A stretch of DNA of 64,000 bases from Octopus sinensis (lineage: Eukaryota), in contig NC_043021.1 in the NCBI RefSeq assembly GCF_006345805.1, positions 17,732,001 through 17,796,000 of the forward strand. The letters run 5' to 3'. Shown here in pieces: positions 1 through 13,157 of this stretch; position 1 is the stretch's first letter; each line of letters starts with the position of its first letter. The notes beneath the pieces were generated by a model. It saw nothing but the letters and a program-made list of their open reading frames with translations. It had not been told where the DNA came from and did not search any database. The position numbers and the translations under genes are program-made.

Positions 1-879
1 GTTTAGGAGTTGATGGATAGACATGGAAACAAAGGAGGATCCTCAAGATGGATGGATATCTATAAAAAAAAAAAACTGTGAGAGAAGTGCGGGGGGGGGG
101 GCTTGACCGGAGAAGGAAAAAAAAAAATAAGAGCAAATAGGCTCAGGTGGGTTGATATGGTTCACAAGTTCAGAGGGGAACAGAAAAGAATGTAGTAGTG
201 GATGAAGAAGGCAAGGAGGAGACACAATCCGACTGGGTCTGGTCTAACAGTGATGTGGAGGAGTGTTGGTTATTAAAGTCATACCCATTCAGATTGACAT
301 TTTTTACTCGCATGTGCGAGCGAGAGTGCGGTGTGTGTTCGTATGCCACACAGGCACAATCTCAGGTATATAAATAATAATCTAAGAGGTGTTTATGGTT
401 TTTTTACACCAGCAGCTGTTGAGGGTAATTTGGAAAATGAAACCCAAGCTGCAAATTACAAATTTTAGCAGTGTGAAGAACATATGTTACCGCTGAATAG
501 AGGCTGGTAAAAGTAGCATAGAAAAGGAAAACTGTTGGCCATGTGTTGTAGTTTGTGAGCAGAGGGTGTGCACTGTTGTGAGATCATTTGCTGTGAATGC
601 ATAGTGTCTGTGTTGTTGTGATGCATGCTGAGCAATGAGACCGAAGTTGAAGTCCCTAATGAATGATTTCCAGGTATATACGTACATCAAGCATTTGTGG
701 TCCTAGCATGGCAAGAGGTGAAGGTAAAACCTCTGCCTGAAAAATGAAGCAAAGTGCATAATGCATGTAGGTGTGTTCGTGTGTCTGCACATGCGTGCAC
801 TTGCACTTTTCTCACGGACGTGCTATTTGGTGCGCCAACTAAAACTATTCTTTTACTTTTGTTCTTTTATTTGTCTCAG

Positions 880-1230
880 TCATTTGACTGCGGCCATGCT
901 GGAGCTCTGCCTTCAGTCGAACAAATCAACCCCAGGACTTATTCTTTGTAAGCCTGGTACTTATTCTATTGGTCCCTTTGCTGAATCACTAAGTTTGGGG
1001 GGTATACACACCAACATTAGTTGTCAAGCGATGGTGGGCAGACAAGCACTGACACACACACACACATACACACACAAGCTTTCTTCAGTTTCCGTCCAGC
1101 AAATCCACTCAAAAGGTCTTGGTCAGCCTGAGGCTATAGTAGAAGACACTTGCCCAAGGTGCAAGGCAGTAGGACTGAACCCGGAACCATGTGGTTGGTG
1201 AGCAAGCTGCTTACCAGACAGCCACTCCAA
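880..1230 (-). mobile_element. tRNA-derived SINE, family C (GTGGCTGTGTGGTAAG...GGTTCAGTCCCACTGC head, internal (CA)n)
   Basis: Same motifs recur at 1350-1615 (+), 23065-23245 (-), 34560-34862 (-), 55800-56025 (-), 57950-58150 (+) and 60025-60405 (+). Boundaries are approximate. Confidence 0.75.
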
Positions 1231-1349
1231 TAAATATTAATTATTAAATACAAAAAGTAAATGATTTCCAATTCATTATGATGATGATGATGACGATAGT
1301 AGATAAGAAATCAGTTCAGTGGCTGGTATTTCCCTATGTCGTCAAACTC

Positions 1350-1615
1350 AATAAGTAGGTGCAAGCACAACTGTGTGATAAGAAGTTTGCTTCCCAGCCA
1401 TATGCTCCCAGGTTCAGTTCCACTGCATAGCAAGTGTTTTCTACTATAACCTCAGACAAAGAAAGGCCTTGTGAATGGATCTGGTGAACAGAAGCAGAGA
1501 AACAAAGCCTGCCATGCGCGTGAGTGTGTGTGTATAAAAATAAATACTGAAACTGCTTCATTCAACTAGAAATTCTTCAATGCAGTGCCCCAGCATGGCC
1601 CCAGGCTAATAATTA
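1350..1615 (+). mobile_element. Diverged family-C SINE, head-to-head with 880-1230
   Basis: GTGTGATAAGAAGTTTGCTTCCCAGCCATATG...GGTTCAGTTCCACTGC...GCAGTGCCCCAGCATGGCC. Confidence 0.65.
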
Positions 1616-3257
1616 AAACAAGGAGAAGCTAAATATATAGAGTATGGTAATTATTAAAGCCATGTGCTGTGAACTTGGGTCCTGAACATATCAAACCCTT
1701 CAGTGTCAACACAGACGAGTGAGGATTGTGCGCAATGGATCACAGAGTTTGCCTCTGATTTATTTCTTCGATTAAATATATATTGATTTGATGTGAATGT
1801 ATAAAATATCAACAAAGGATATATTTACATTACACTCACATACACCTGTGTGTGTGTGTGTGTAAATATAACAATAAGATACGTGCATGTGTTTACACTG
1901 CACTTTTTTAATATGTTTAATAACATACATACATAGTAAAACAATTTCTTTTTTTTATTGTTGTATGTGTGTATACACAAGCGTGCGCGCGCGCACACAC
2001 ACATACACACACACACACACACAAAGTATATGGAATGAGGTCTGTTGTAGACAGCCTGAGTATAAGGAAAGTCCCTCCCTAAGGCATAGACCTGTTCAAG
2101 ACAGTTTTTAATACAAAAACCATCTGTTGCTTTTGTATGTAAGTCATCCATCTTCCATGGCACTGATGATGTTTTCCCAGAAAATGGCAACACTGGTTCT
2201 GCTTGGCACCAATGTTGCCCCAGGTGTTGTCAAAGTGCAGAGAACCAAAACAGATGCCATATCTTTTCACTAAAACTCTAATAATCCCACCAATACAATT
2301 CCCTCAAACGGTGAGGGGAGAGGGAGAGAGAGAGAGAGAGAGAGAGAGACACACACACACAGATTTTACACAAGATTTGAAAGTCCCCTTGCATATTCCT
2401 GCCAGTTGGAGTGGTAAGCTGAACTACTTTCGCACTTGTCTAAGGACAATCCTATTGCTGTTTTCTGCCCAGTTCTCAAAGACCTGTCTCCTCACTCTGT
2501 CCAGTGACAGAAGAAGGATTAGGATTTGAACTCAGAATGAACAGAGCTCCAAAAAAGACAACCCAAGACACAATATACCAATATTAATCACTGTCCCCAG
2601 GCAACGTGATCACTTTCTATCCTCACCTGAACTAAGTAGACAGACAGACAGACTCATAAACACACCTATGTACTTATACGCATAAATACATATACACAAC
2701 CACAGGTACAACTCATGCCAGCATGGACAACAAATGTTAAATGATGATGATGAGGATGAACCACAAAATTTATCCTCTCAACCCTCCCTACACATACACA
2801 CGAATTCACCAAAGACAATCAATAATAAATGGTACAGTGAACATTTGTAAAACTTTCCATGGATTCTCCATTTGAAGGTTCTGGTCTGAATTCACACAAT
2901 CACATGCACATTACGGAACACACATAAACACACAATGCACTGAAGCACACACACAGAACTAATTCACATATCCATAAAACAGTTGTCTTGACAATCCCTT
3001 GGAATCAAAACCAACCCGATCTGGCCTATCACAGCTACCCAACAATGCTATTCTAAAAAAAAACAATCACATCGTTGAAATCCCAAAGCCACAAGATGAT
3101 CCATGGTTAATCCTAAGCAATGTGAATAAACAAGCATCACCACATTTGACAGAGGAATCTGAATGCTGAAGAGAGATAAAATAGCAAAATAGCCTCATCA
3201 CTTCATTGGTGACTAGCTTCAATTCTTATAAAGGAATAAAACCTAAGTCCCAGAGAT

Positions 3258-3290
<33 letters not shown>

Positions 3291-5007
3291 GCTCTGAATC
3301 TTAATGACAACATGGGTGTAGCAGAAGAAACAAAGTAAAAATCCAGTTTTCATAATTCTAATGTTACCACACATTGTTAATAATGAATTGGTTTGAAATG
3401 AAGACTGGTGAACTATTTGAGATAAAGCCATAAACTGCTATGTTTTAATCAATGATACAATCACAATAAAATGATTTAAATGCTCAACAACTGAATATCT
3501 CTTCACCAGTGCATTATTATTACTGGTATTATGATTATTTATATTTTATTTATTGTTGTATTTATTTGCATTTAAAGCAGAACAGGATAACATTACAAGA
3601 TTGTTGATTAAGTGAATATTTAACGAGGCAAACAAATACAAAAAATTGGTTGGCGTTTGGTAAATTTCTTTACAGTTCACAATGATTCTGTCCATAAAAA
3701 CTGCAAGTTAATTATGCTTTGCAAGTTTTATTGTGTGTATTAATTATCATTTATAAAAAGCATTGAAGACTTTCAAACAAATTTTTGGTTTTTTAATTTC
3801 TCCAAAGAAACCCTACACAATATTCCTGTCATTGTTCCTGCAAATTGGTAGAATTATTAAAAGCTGTGGAATAAAACATCTTGTGGTGTTTATTCTAATT
3901 CTTTAGCTTCTGAATTCAAATCGCACCTACATCAACTATGTCATTCATTCAAGGTCAATAAAACAAAATACCAGTCATGTACTGGGGTTGAGACTTAATC
4001 AACTAATCCTCTCACCACCACTATCCCACCACAATTTGTGGCCTTCTACCTGGTTATTGTCAACAGCAATAATGATGATGGTGATGATGATGATGTATGC
4101 AAATTTTGACAACAGGCTAGAAATTGAGGTGGGGACCACCCCCATCCCACAGCTCCCAACTACACTGACCCCAGTGCTCAACTGGTACATAATTCATCAA
4201 CTCTAAAAGGGTAAGAGGCAGGATTTGAGCTCAGAACATAAAGTGCTGAAAGAAACACTGCTAAGCATTTTGTCCTACATGCTAACAATTTTGCCACTCA
4301 CCGTCTTTATTGTTGTTGTTGTTATTATTATTTCAAATTTTGGCACAAGGCCAGCAATTGAGGAAGAGGTAGCAAATTACATCAACCTCAGCAAAATTTC
4401 AGCAACCCCAAAAGGATGAATGACAAAGCCAATCTCAGTGGGATTTGAACTCAGATGGTAAAGCCAAAAGAAATGCCACAGAGGATTTTTGCCTGGTGTG
4501 CTCACAGTTCTGCCAACTTGCTGCAGCAGCATCAATACTAACAACAACAAAACTTTGCCAACTGATTAGTTAACCAATTGACAAAGTTTGTTCAATTCCC
4601 TGATGCTGCCCTTAGGTATTTTTATTTAAACATTATTCTAAATACAATATAATCCCTGCCATTAAGAATGGGGGAGTTTAGTCAGCAATGGCCAAACTCT
4701 GTTGTAGAAAAAATAAAATCTAAAATCCTTTCCCCTTCTCTAAGTTACAAAACACAACCATAATAACTGAAATTATTTAACTCCATCTTCAAATTAGAAT
4801 ACCACTTCAATATTTCTAAAAGCACATCTCCAGATGACATAGAATATATTTTTCAAAAATATATTTACAATTTATAGCTGACACATTATATATATATATC
4901 ACGTGACCGACCAGTCCATCAGATGTAGTTACACATCGCTGGTCACAATGCATTCGCATTGTTTTTTAGCCTTCGAATGACGCCACCCCGCTGGCTAAGC
5001 GAGCCGG

Positions 5008-5047
<40 letters not shown>

Positions 5048-8000
5048 GGTATGTAGAAAAATACAACATGGACAAGAACGTATAACTCATAGAAGACGAT
5101 ACAATAAACATGGACAGGACATTCGAACCCCTCAGTCTTCAGTCAAGAACCGGATCATCGTAGTAATTTCGGCTGATACACACACACACACACACATTAA
5201 CATATAGAAAATACTTCACTGAACCCACAAAAATCTTATTATTAATACCACAGTATAGATATTTATTTATTTGCAATCTAAAAAACAGCTACAACCAAAC
5301 CATACTTAATCACAACCTAACCCCCAACTACATAGAAACAGCCAAATGTCCTGTTTGATATCAATGCAATGTCAGGAATTACAATACTAAACTATTAACT
5401 TTAATCCTAATAGTCCACAACTAAAACTACTGCCAACGAGTCACTAAGGTCGAAATGATAGACTGAACCATCTCTGCACTTTCTGCATTCAGATTACTCT
5501 GTTGAACGTGGTAATGCTTATTGACTCACACTGTTTCATTTAATCATGCACAGTGTCACAGCTTCCACATTTTGATGATATGAATGTTTATCTTTAGAAT
5601 GACATTGTCGGGTAGGTGTGAGAGATCACATCTAGCTCGTTAGAACATGAAGCGGGTAGAATATTTGGGCTGGATATGGCCAGTTTAAATGCTAAAGGTT
5701 TAAGTAATATTGGTTTCATATTTTGGCACAAGGCCAGCAATTTCAGGGAGTGGAGTAAGTCGATTACATCAACCCCAGCGCTCAACTGGTACTCATTTTA
5801 TCGATCCCAAAAGGCTGAAAGGCAAAAATCGACTTTGGCAGAATTTGAACTCAGAACATAGAGACAAACAAAATGCCTCTTAGCCTTTTGTCCAGCTTGC
5901 TAATGATTCTGCCCGCACACCATCTTAAAAGTTTAAGTAATATTAACAGACATCACTTGTAGCTAAAAGTTCCAGAAAACATTGTATATCCTCCCTGCAA
6001 GACCAACTAAATTGTAACCAGGTGTTTGTCCACTGGATACTCCCCTCTCGTATTTCGCAGGTTTTGAACTCCAAACTTAGGGTTAAATATGAATAGACTG
6101 TTTTCTTTGTTCAATCTGTGATTAATCTTTAAGCATTATAATTTATTCTAAAAAGCGAAGGAAAAGAAACTGAAGTGTATTAGTTTGTTCTAAGTCTTTC
6201 GTCAACAATTAGAAATTGATCAGCCTGGTGGAGGAGCAGTAGATAAACCACTTTTGATTATTCTCAAGTGGTTTAGATTCTGTAAACACCAATTTTGTCA
6301 GACTGCTCGGAAATAAACACTGAATCCTGTCCTCACCTCACTGTGACACACAATCTGTCAATTACAATGTTACAATTAACAAATTGATTAATAATAATAA
6401 CAGTAGGAATACTTTCAATAATTGTGTCTGATTATTCCCATCATCAATAACCAATAATAAGCAGTTTAACCAAAAAAAAAAAAAAAACGATTTTCATTTC
6501 AAAACAAATTTTCAAAAATTGCTTTTTTAATTTCAGTTATTTTTTTTTTGTTTAAATGTGAAAATGATATTAAAAGCTGTGAAATTATCTTTTAAATGAT
6601 ACGGGTAGAATGTATTTGGTAAGCAATAAAATGAATAGCCGACATAGATGTGTAAAAGCATTGTGTCATAAAGCCAGTTTGCCTGCACATGTCGTTAATT
6701 AACATGATAACTGTATCCGAAATCTCTAGCGTGTTGGGAACAGCTGGAGGGAGAGAGGAGGAGGCGGAGAAGCAGGAGGTGTTTAGCTTACAAGAGCACA
6801 TAATTTCAGTAAAGAGATAGCTATATTAAATATCCAAAAACCAATGCTATTTTCTGCTATCTATTCTAATCAATATTGACTAACCACAACCTATGCCACT
6901 AAACAGGCGGCAGTCAGCAAGATCTCGAGACAAGAAAGCATTTCGTTTCACTGGCAGCTTTAAATATAGCATTCAAGTCACAATAATCCTTACAAATTAA
7001 TTATGGACGGGGGGACACGCGCACACACACGAAAAAAAAGAAGAAAAAAATGTCAAAATTTGGTGGTAGCAAAGTAGGAAGAATTAGAGGCAAATAATAT
7101 TGTAAGAAACGTTATTTCTGCACTTTTGAAATAAACCTGTCTGTCTTTCATTTTAGCAGAAGGAAAGAAGAGAAGAGAAGAGAAAGAGAAACAGCATCAG
7201 TTAAAAACGTTTCCCCCACTTCTGTCAACTGAGAAAGTGTGTGTGTACATACACATACTCATTCATATATATATATATGCGTGTGTGTGTGGGAAGAGTG
7301 AGTGGGGCTAAATTTTGCTAAATACACCATTAAACCTTAGAAATATCAACTCACCCACCCACTTACCTACCCCTTCCCTGCCATTCAGTAAAAAAAAACC
7401 CAGGTAAACTATAATAATCCTGACAATATGGTGTAATAAAGACTAGAAACTGTACAGATGGATTCAACAAGGAAACCTAATCCATTTAAACCAAGGGTTT
7501 TTTCTTTCTTTCTTTAACCAATCCAACCCATTTTCCCTCACCACACACGCACATAAGGTAAGGAATGTAATATAAACAGATTTTCTGACTGAATTCCTCT
7601 TATGGTAAGTGATTAAAGTGATGTACAAGAAATGTCTTAAAATGATTTACATTAAATATTATCAAGTACAGTAATGCCAGGTGATAAGATTAAGTGGGTG
7701 TTATGACTGAGTTAAGTCAGTCAGTGAACAACATCTGCTGCTGTTGTTGTTGTTATTATTGTCGTAGAGAGGAGGGGGGGGTCAGTAAAATTGATGCATT
7801 TGAAATTATTTGAGATATTAAACCATGTGATTTTGGGTTTTTTTTTTTTTTGCTTTTTGGGTTAGATGTTTTTTTTTCCCCCCTGCCTTTGGTATTTTTT
7901 TTCTTTCCCTTCCCCTGTACTCCTAACATATCCAGAAGAAGAAAAGGAAAACTGCTTTGCTTTAAGTGCTACTTTAGCTAGCAAGAGACAGAGACAGAGA

Positions 8001-9123
8001 AAGACAGAAGAATGGAATTATAGAAGAGAACGACAAAACAGCAGGATGATAAGGGCTTTTGGTAAATCTTTTGATAACCATTTTATTGCTAAAACACTCT
8101 CCAGCTATCTTCCTTTCTTTCTTCTCTATCCAGAAAGGAAAGAAAAATGTTCTATCCAGCCAAATGAATAAAATATGCTGTACATGGAAACAGTGGATAG
8201 AATTGGTTAGATTTACAGAACGACAAATATATACGCGTGTGTGTGTGTGTGTGTGTCTGTGTGTGGTGCAAAATAAGAGGACTGAGGAGATATCAGTGTG
8301 AAATAACTGTAGCTGTGTAAGCTGACAAGTTTGTATTGAGGTAGTAAAAAGGTTAAATAAAGTCACCTTCAAAATATTTCAGAGCTGTTCTAAGCAGTGA
8401 CAAACAAATATGTGGAGAAGAGAAATAATACTGACACACTCAGGTAAACAATATATTGAAGAGTCAGCTACTGAAAGAAATAAACCAACTAAATATCTGT
8501 TGAATAATTCAAGCAGTTATGTGTGAAACGAACATGTGTTGAAGATGGGTGAACACATGGTTGAAGGAAATTAAGCAATTGTATTAAGATGATGATTATA
8601 ACAGGTTTAGTTTGACTGGCTACTTGATCCATTATTAGTCTTTCTAACCATCACTGTTCTCATCTGGTAAGACTTACAATAAATACTAAATACCATAAGA
8701 AATTTAGAGATCATACAGAAAATAACTCATTGCAAAAAAAAAAATATATAAACTGTACCTTTCCCCATAACATCACTGCACACCTTAAGTGTTCACATAG
8801 ACACCCCACCACTACTGTTTGTCTCTTCCTCACTCCACCCTGATTGCCTTCTCTTCTAAAGTGAATAGTCTTATAGCTTTGCTACATTAAGGAACTTGTT
8901 CTGCTTAGGCCCCTTCTATATGTAAACCCTTCATTTCCTAGCATAAAGCTGTCTCCTTGAGGTTTGAAGTCTTACAAGCTGCATGGTGACCTCACTAGTG
9001 TTGGTGGCATGAAGAAGAAAAAACCCACCCAGCACATGTTGTAAAGTGGCTGGTGTTAACAAGGGTATCCAACCATAGAATCTACACCAAAGGAGACAGT
9101 GGAGCATGATGCAGTCCTCAGAA

Positions 9124-9303
9124 CAGTGGTTCTCAACCTTTTTAATATCTGGGCCAGATCCAAAACCTAGATTTTTTTTTTTTACGGGGCCCTGCACACA
9201 AAAAAAAAAACACAAGTCAATTAAAGAAAAATATATTTAAAGAAATAAGACTATCATGGGTGATCACAAAGATGCTTCTTGAGGGCCACAGTTGAGAACC
9301 ATC
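9124..9303. mobile_element. hAT-like MITE
   Basis: CAGTGGTTCTCAACC ... GTTGAGAACCATC termini, same type as 43269. Confidence 0.6.
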
Positions 9304-10293
9304 AGATGCCTTAAACCCATCAGATACAATCATACCGCTCTACCCATGCCGGCATGGAACATGGATGTGAAGTGATGATGATGATGATCATCATCATATG
9401 GAGTTTTCATTTTAGACCAGGTTCATATATTATGACAAGTCCCCTCAAGTTCGGTAGCCACAGTCAGAAAATCAATTTTGTAAATTAAAATTGTGTTAAT
9501 AATTGAATTAATAGAAAGTTACTTTCACTGCTGACTCTGAAAAATTGTTTACCGGAAATCTTGCACAGTTAGTTTTAGTACCACATGTACGTATAACAGC
9601 AAGGCAGAGGTTTCAAGTTAAGAGATAAGAATAATGACAAAGATACTTTAATCACGCATTATCACTCATGTTTGGTTGTAACAAAGACACTTTAATTATT
9701 ATCACTCCTGCCTGATTGTAACATACAAAGGAAACTAAAGTTAATATAACAGCATTAAAAATATAAATGTAAAATAATAAAAAAATATCTAATCCATAAT
9801 CGTTAGACAAAATATATATTCTTTTCTACTCTAGACACAACTGGTACTTAATCCAAATGTAACAAAATAACAATTGGCAAATGGAACAACCATGATTATC
9901 ATTCTGGAAACTGCAATATTTCAGAGAGAAAAACCGTGTCCAACAATAGGAAGAAGAAGATAGTATGTAAATAAAAAAAATAGCTGTAAACAACTTCAGC
10001 TGCACCCATCAAACGAACAAGTGGGTTTTAATGTGTAACTTTAGAACCAATAAAATCAATGAAGACTGTGGAAAATTCCACTCAAGGAGGAGAAATTAGA
10101 TTTGTATGTTAAAAATCAGAGGTAAAAAAAAGAACAGTGTAAATGTAAAAATCTTAATAATGTCATATGATCCTGTATAAAGACAGAAATAGGTAAGCAA
10201 TTAACAAGAATTACCACCATTCACAGATTTTAGTAAATTTATGAAGAAATTTACCATCTAAAAGTTGGTAACTGATTTGTGAAACAATATTAA

Positions 10294-10673
10294 CCCTTTC
10301 GTTACTAACCCGGCCAAAACCAGCTCTGGCTCTGTGGTAAAATGTCTTGTTTTCATAAGTTTTGAATTAAAATATTCCACCAAGCCTTAGTCTCAATTTA
10401 CGTTCCTAACACTAGCTTAATGCTAAGTTATTTTACTAAATTCTTTGTTATCATCATCATCATTTAGAGTTCGCTTTCCATGCTAGCATGGGTTGGACGG
10501 TTCAGCTGGGGTCTGTGAAGCCAGAAGGCTGCATCAGGCCCAGTCTGATCTGGCAGTGTTTCTACAGCTGGATGCCCTTCCTAACGCCAACCACTCCGTG
10601 AGTGTAGTGGGTGCTTTTTAAAATAATTGAAAGAAACACAGAGCATCTCAAAATAAATACAGTAACGAAAGGG
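10294..10673. mobile_element. piggyBac-like MITE (TTAA TSD, TIR CCCTTTCGTTACT) carrying a truncated family-B SINE insertion (~10448-10619)
   Basis: TTAA at 10290-10293 and 10674-10677; perfect 13-bp TIRs; uninterrupted copy at 38311-38531. Confidence 0.85.
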
Positions 10674-10686
10674 TTAAGAAGTTTAA

Positions 10687-11133
10687 CCCTTTTGATACCA
10701 GCCCACCTAGAACTGCCCTTCATTCTAAGATACAAATTCCTTCTTTTAAAGAAATCTAAATTAAAACCGTCCGTCAAAATTTCAAATTAAATTTATATCT
10801 CAAGCACAAAATAATCCTTTCTACTAAAGACATAAGGCCTGTAATTTGTGGGGAGGGGGGGGACTAGTCGATTACATCAACCCCAGTGTTTCACTGGTAC
10901 TTAATTCATTGACCCCCAAAAGGATGAAAGGCAAAGTCAATCTTGGTGGAATTTGAACTCAGAACATAGCGACTAGCGAAATACAATTAAGCATTTTGTC
11001 CAGTATGCTAACGATTCTGTCAGCTCGCTTAATAATGAGCTAAGTTATTTTACTAAATTCTTTGTTACTTTCAAAATTAATCAAAAAAAAAAAAAAATTC
11101 AATGAATTTCTTCAGAAATATGGTAACAAAAAG
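10687..11133. mobile_element. Related piggyBac-like MITE carrying a family-A SINE insertion (~10820-11035)
   Basis: TTAA-CCCTTTTGATACCA ... TGGTAACAAAAAG-TTAA; internal motifs shared with the neighbouring MITE (TAAGTTATTTTACTAAATTCTTTGTTA). Confidence 0.7.
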
Positions 11134-11953
11134 TTAATTCTTTTTGTACCAATCTATCTAGGACCACCTCTGGTTATATGATCCCGTTTTAAAAGTGACC
11201 TGAATTTCATGAAAAATTAACATGGGGAAACATGTGGCTGATCATAAGATTGTTTCGATTCCAGGAAAAGGCAATGCATTGTGTTCTTGAGCAAAACACT
11301 TCACTTCACATTGCTCCAGTCCACTCAGCTGACAAAAATGTGTAATCCTGCTGACTGACGTCCCTTCAGCGAGGGTTGGGGGTTTGTATGTGCTGTGGAA
11401 TCCAGGAATCCTATGAGTCTAGATTCTATCCAAATTAATAGAGATCATGAAAGATGGATGAAACAATGGTGAGTGGGAGGACGTCATAAGGAGAACAAGT
11501 GATAACTGGAGAAAGACATAGGGGAGAGTGGTGGTAGGAATTGATGAATATGGACAAATTTGATACCTTCCCTCTTTACACAAATATCCTGATGGAACAG
11601 AGGGACCATCACCACTAAATTGTATATATATACATATCCATACATGGATACCAAAAGAAAATACCCAAGTACAAGCACAGTCAAATTTCTAGACCCTTTC
11701 AAAATTCCGCCCCTCTGTTATCTATGCTCCTGTATCAACCTAACCCAGCCTTCAATCATTTCTGTATTGCCCATCAACTCTGAGGTTTGCACTTGACTTT
11801 TAGATTCTACAGCCAAGCTATACCATTAAGTGGTGTCACTAGAAAAGCCGCCCACCAAGTATCCTACTAACCCTTTCCAATGCCTCTCTCTTTCTCTCAC
11901 ACACACACACATACATACATACATACACACATTATATGCATGTATACATATAA

Positions 11954-12177
11954 AGGTGGCGAGCTGGCAGAAACGTTAGCAGGCTGGGCGAAATGCGTAG
12001 CTGTATTTCGTCTGCCGTTACGTTCTGAGTTCAAATTCCGCCTAGGTCGACTTTGCCTTTCATCCTTTCGGGGTCGATAAATTAAGTACCAGTTACGCAC
12101 TGAGGGTCGACGTAATCCGTTTGTCTGTCCTTATTTGTCCCCTCTGTGTTTAGCCTCTTGTGGGTAGTAAAGAAATA
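11954..12177 (+). mobile_element. tRNA-derived SINE, family A (GGCGAGCTGGCAGAAACGTTAGC...GAGTTCAAATTCCGCC head)
   Basis: Matches copies at 21661 and 35883; 21-bp TSD TATATGCATGTATACATATAA at 11933-11953 and 12178-12198. Confidence 0.88.
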
Positions 12178-13119
12178 TATATGCATGTATACATATAATC
12201 CTTATCATTATGATTTGATATCCACACTTTCCATATTGACAGGAGTCCCAGCCAGTTCTTATTCTGAATTACTGCCATTGATATTCTAAAAACATTTAAA
12301 CTAAAGAAAAAATATGGTGGTAAGACACTCAAGAGAGCTGAACAGCAGAAGGTCTTCAAAGAAGAAACCCCACTCAGGAAAGTGTTTTGGTCCTTAACTT
12401 CTTAAACTAAAGAAGAAAAAAATTTCTTCAGCATTTAAACCAGCCATATCTGACCAAAAATATTCTACCAGTTTTATGTTCAAACTGGTAAGACCCAGCC
12501 TCTTGCACCTATCTTACAAATATCAACCTAAAAGTAATCAATCACACATCACTGAAAGTTTGAAACTATGAGATTAATGCACGATTAATTGAAAACAATG
12601 TGAATAAAGAAGGATTAATTTTGACAGGATAATCTGAATGCTGAAGGGTTAATTTCCCAAATTTTAGAGTGCAGGAACGATTAAAATATATTTAGAAACT
12701 AGAATTAATTTCATATAGAATTTCAATATCTTTTAATGTGTTCATTCATTCCAAAAATATATTTATTATAAATGCAAAGAAGATCAATATTTGCTTTTCT
12801 CCTCTTTGTTCTTTGTTTTTATTCTTACTATTACTGTTATTAGAATGTAGCTCTGGTCACTTGTAAATTACATTTCAAACAAAGATTTTAGTCACTGTGC
12901 TTTTTGAGAACATCAAATCTAACATACATTTTACTTACACATTCAAACCTTTTTTCAGCATGAATTCTAATTGAAAATTTTATTTAATTGGCTGTCAATT
13001 CAAGTTTCAATTCCAGAATCCATATTTTGCTGTTTTTCCCCACTCAATTTCCCATTTTAGTTATGAAAACATCTGTTTCATCAATTTTGAATTTCAAACA
13101 GAAAAACCTGGAAACTACA

Positions 13120-13157
<38 letters not shown>

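Noticed and set aside
1-62. Possible MED13 exon start after tttttttttatag
   Set aside because: TG + A makes a stop, and no frame shows a recognisable MED13 motif. It cannot be excluded without the adjacent sequence.
12939-12966. 28-nt segment with a GTAAGT donor encoding IHAEKRFEC, like human MED13 EAEKRFE
   Set aside because: Weak acceptor, joining to the upstream TG gives TGA, and the human motif lies hundreds of residues further downstream. Treated as coincidence.
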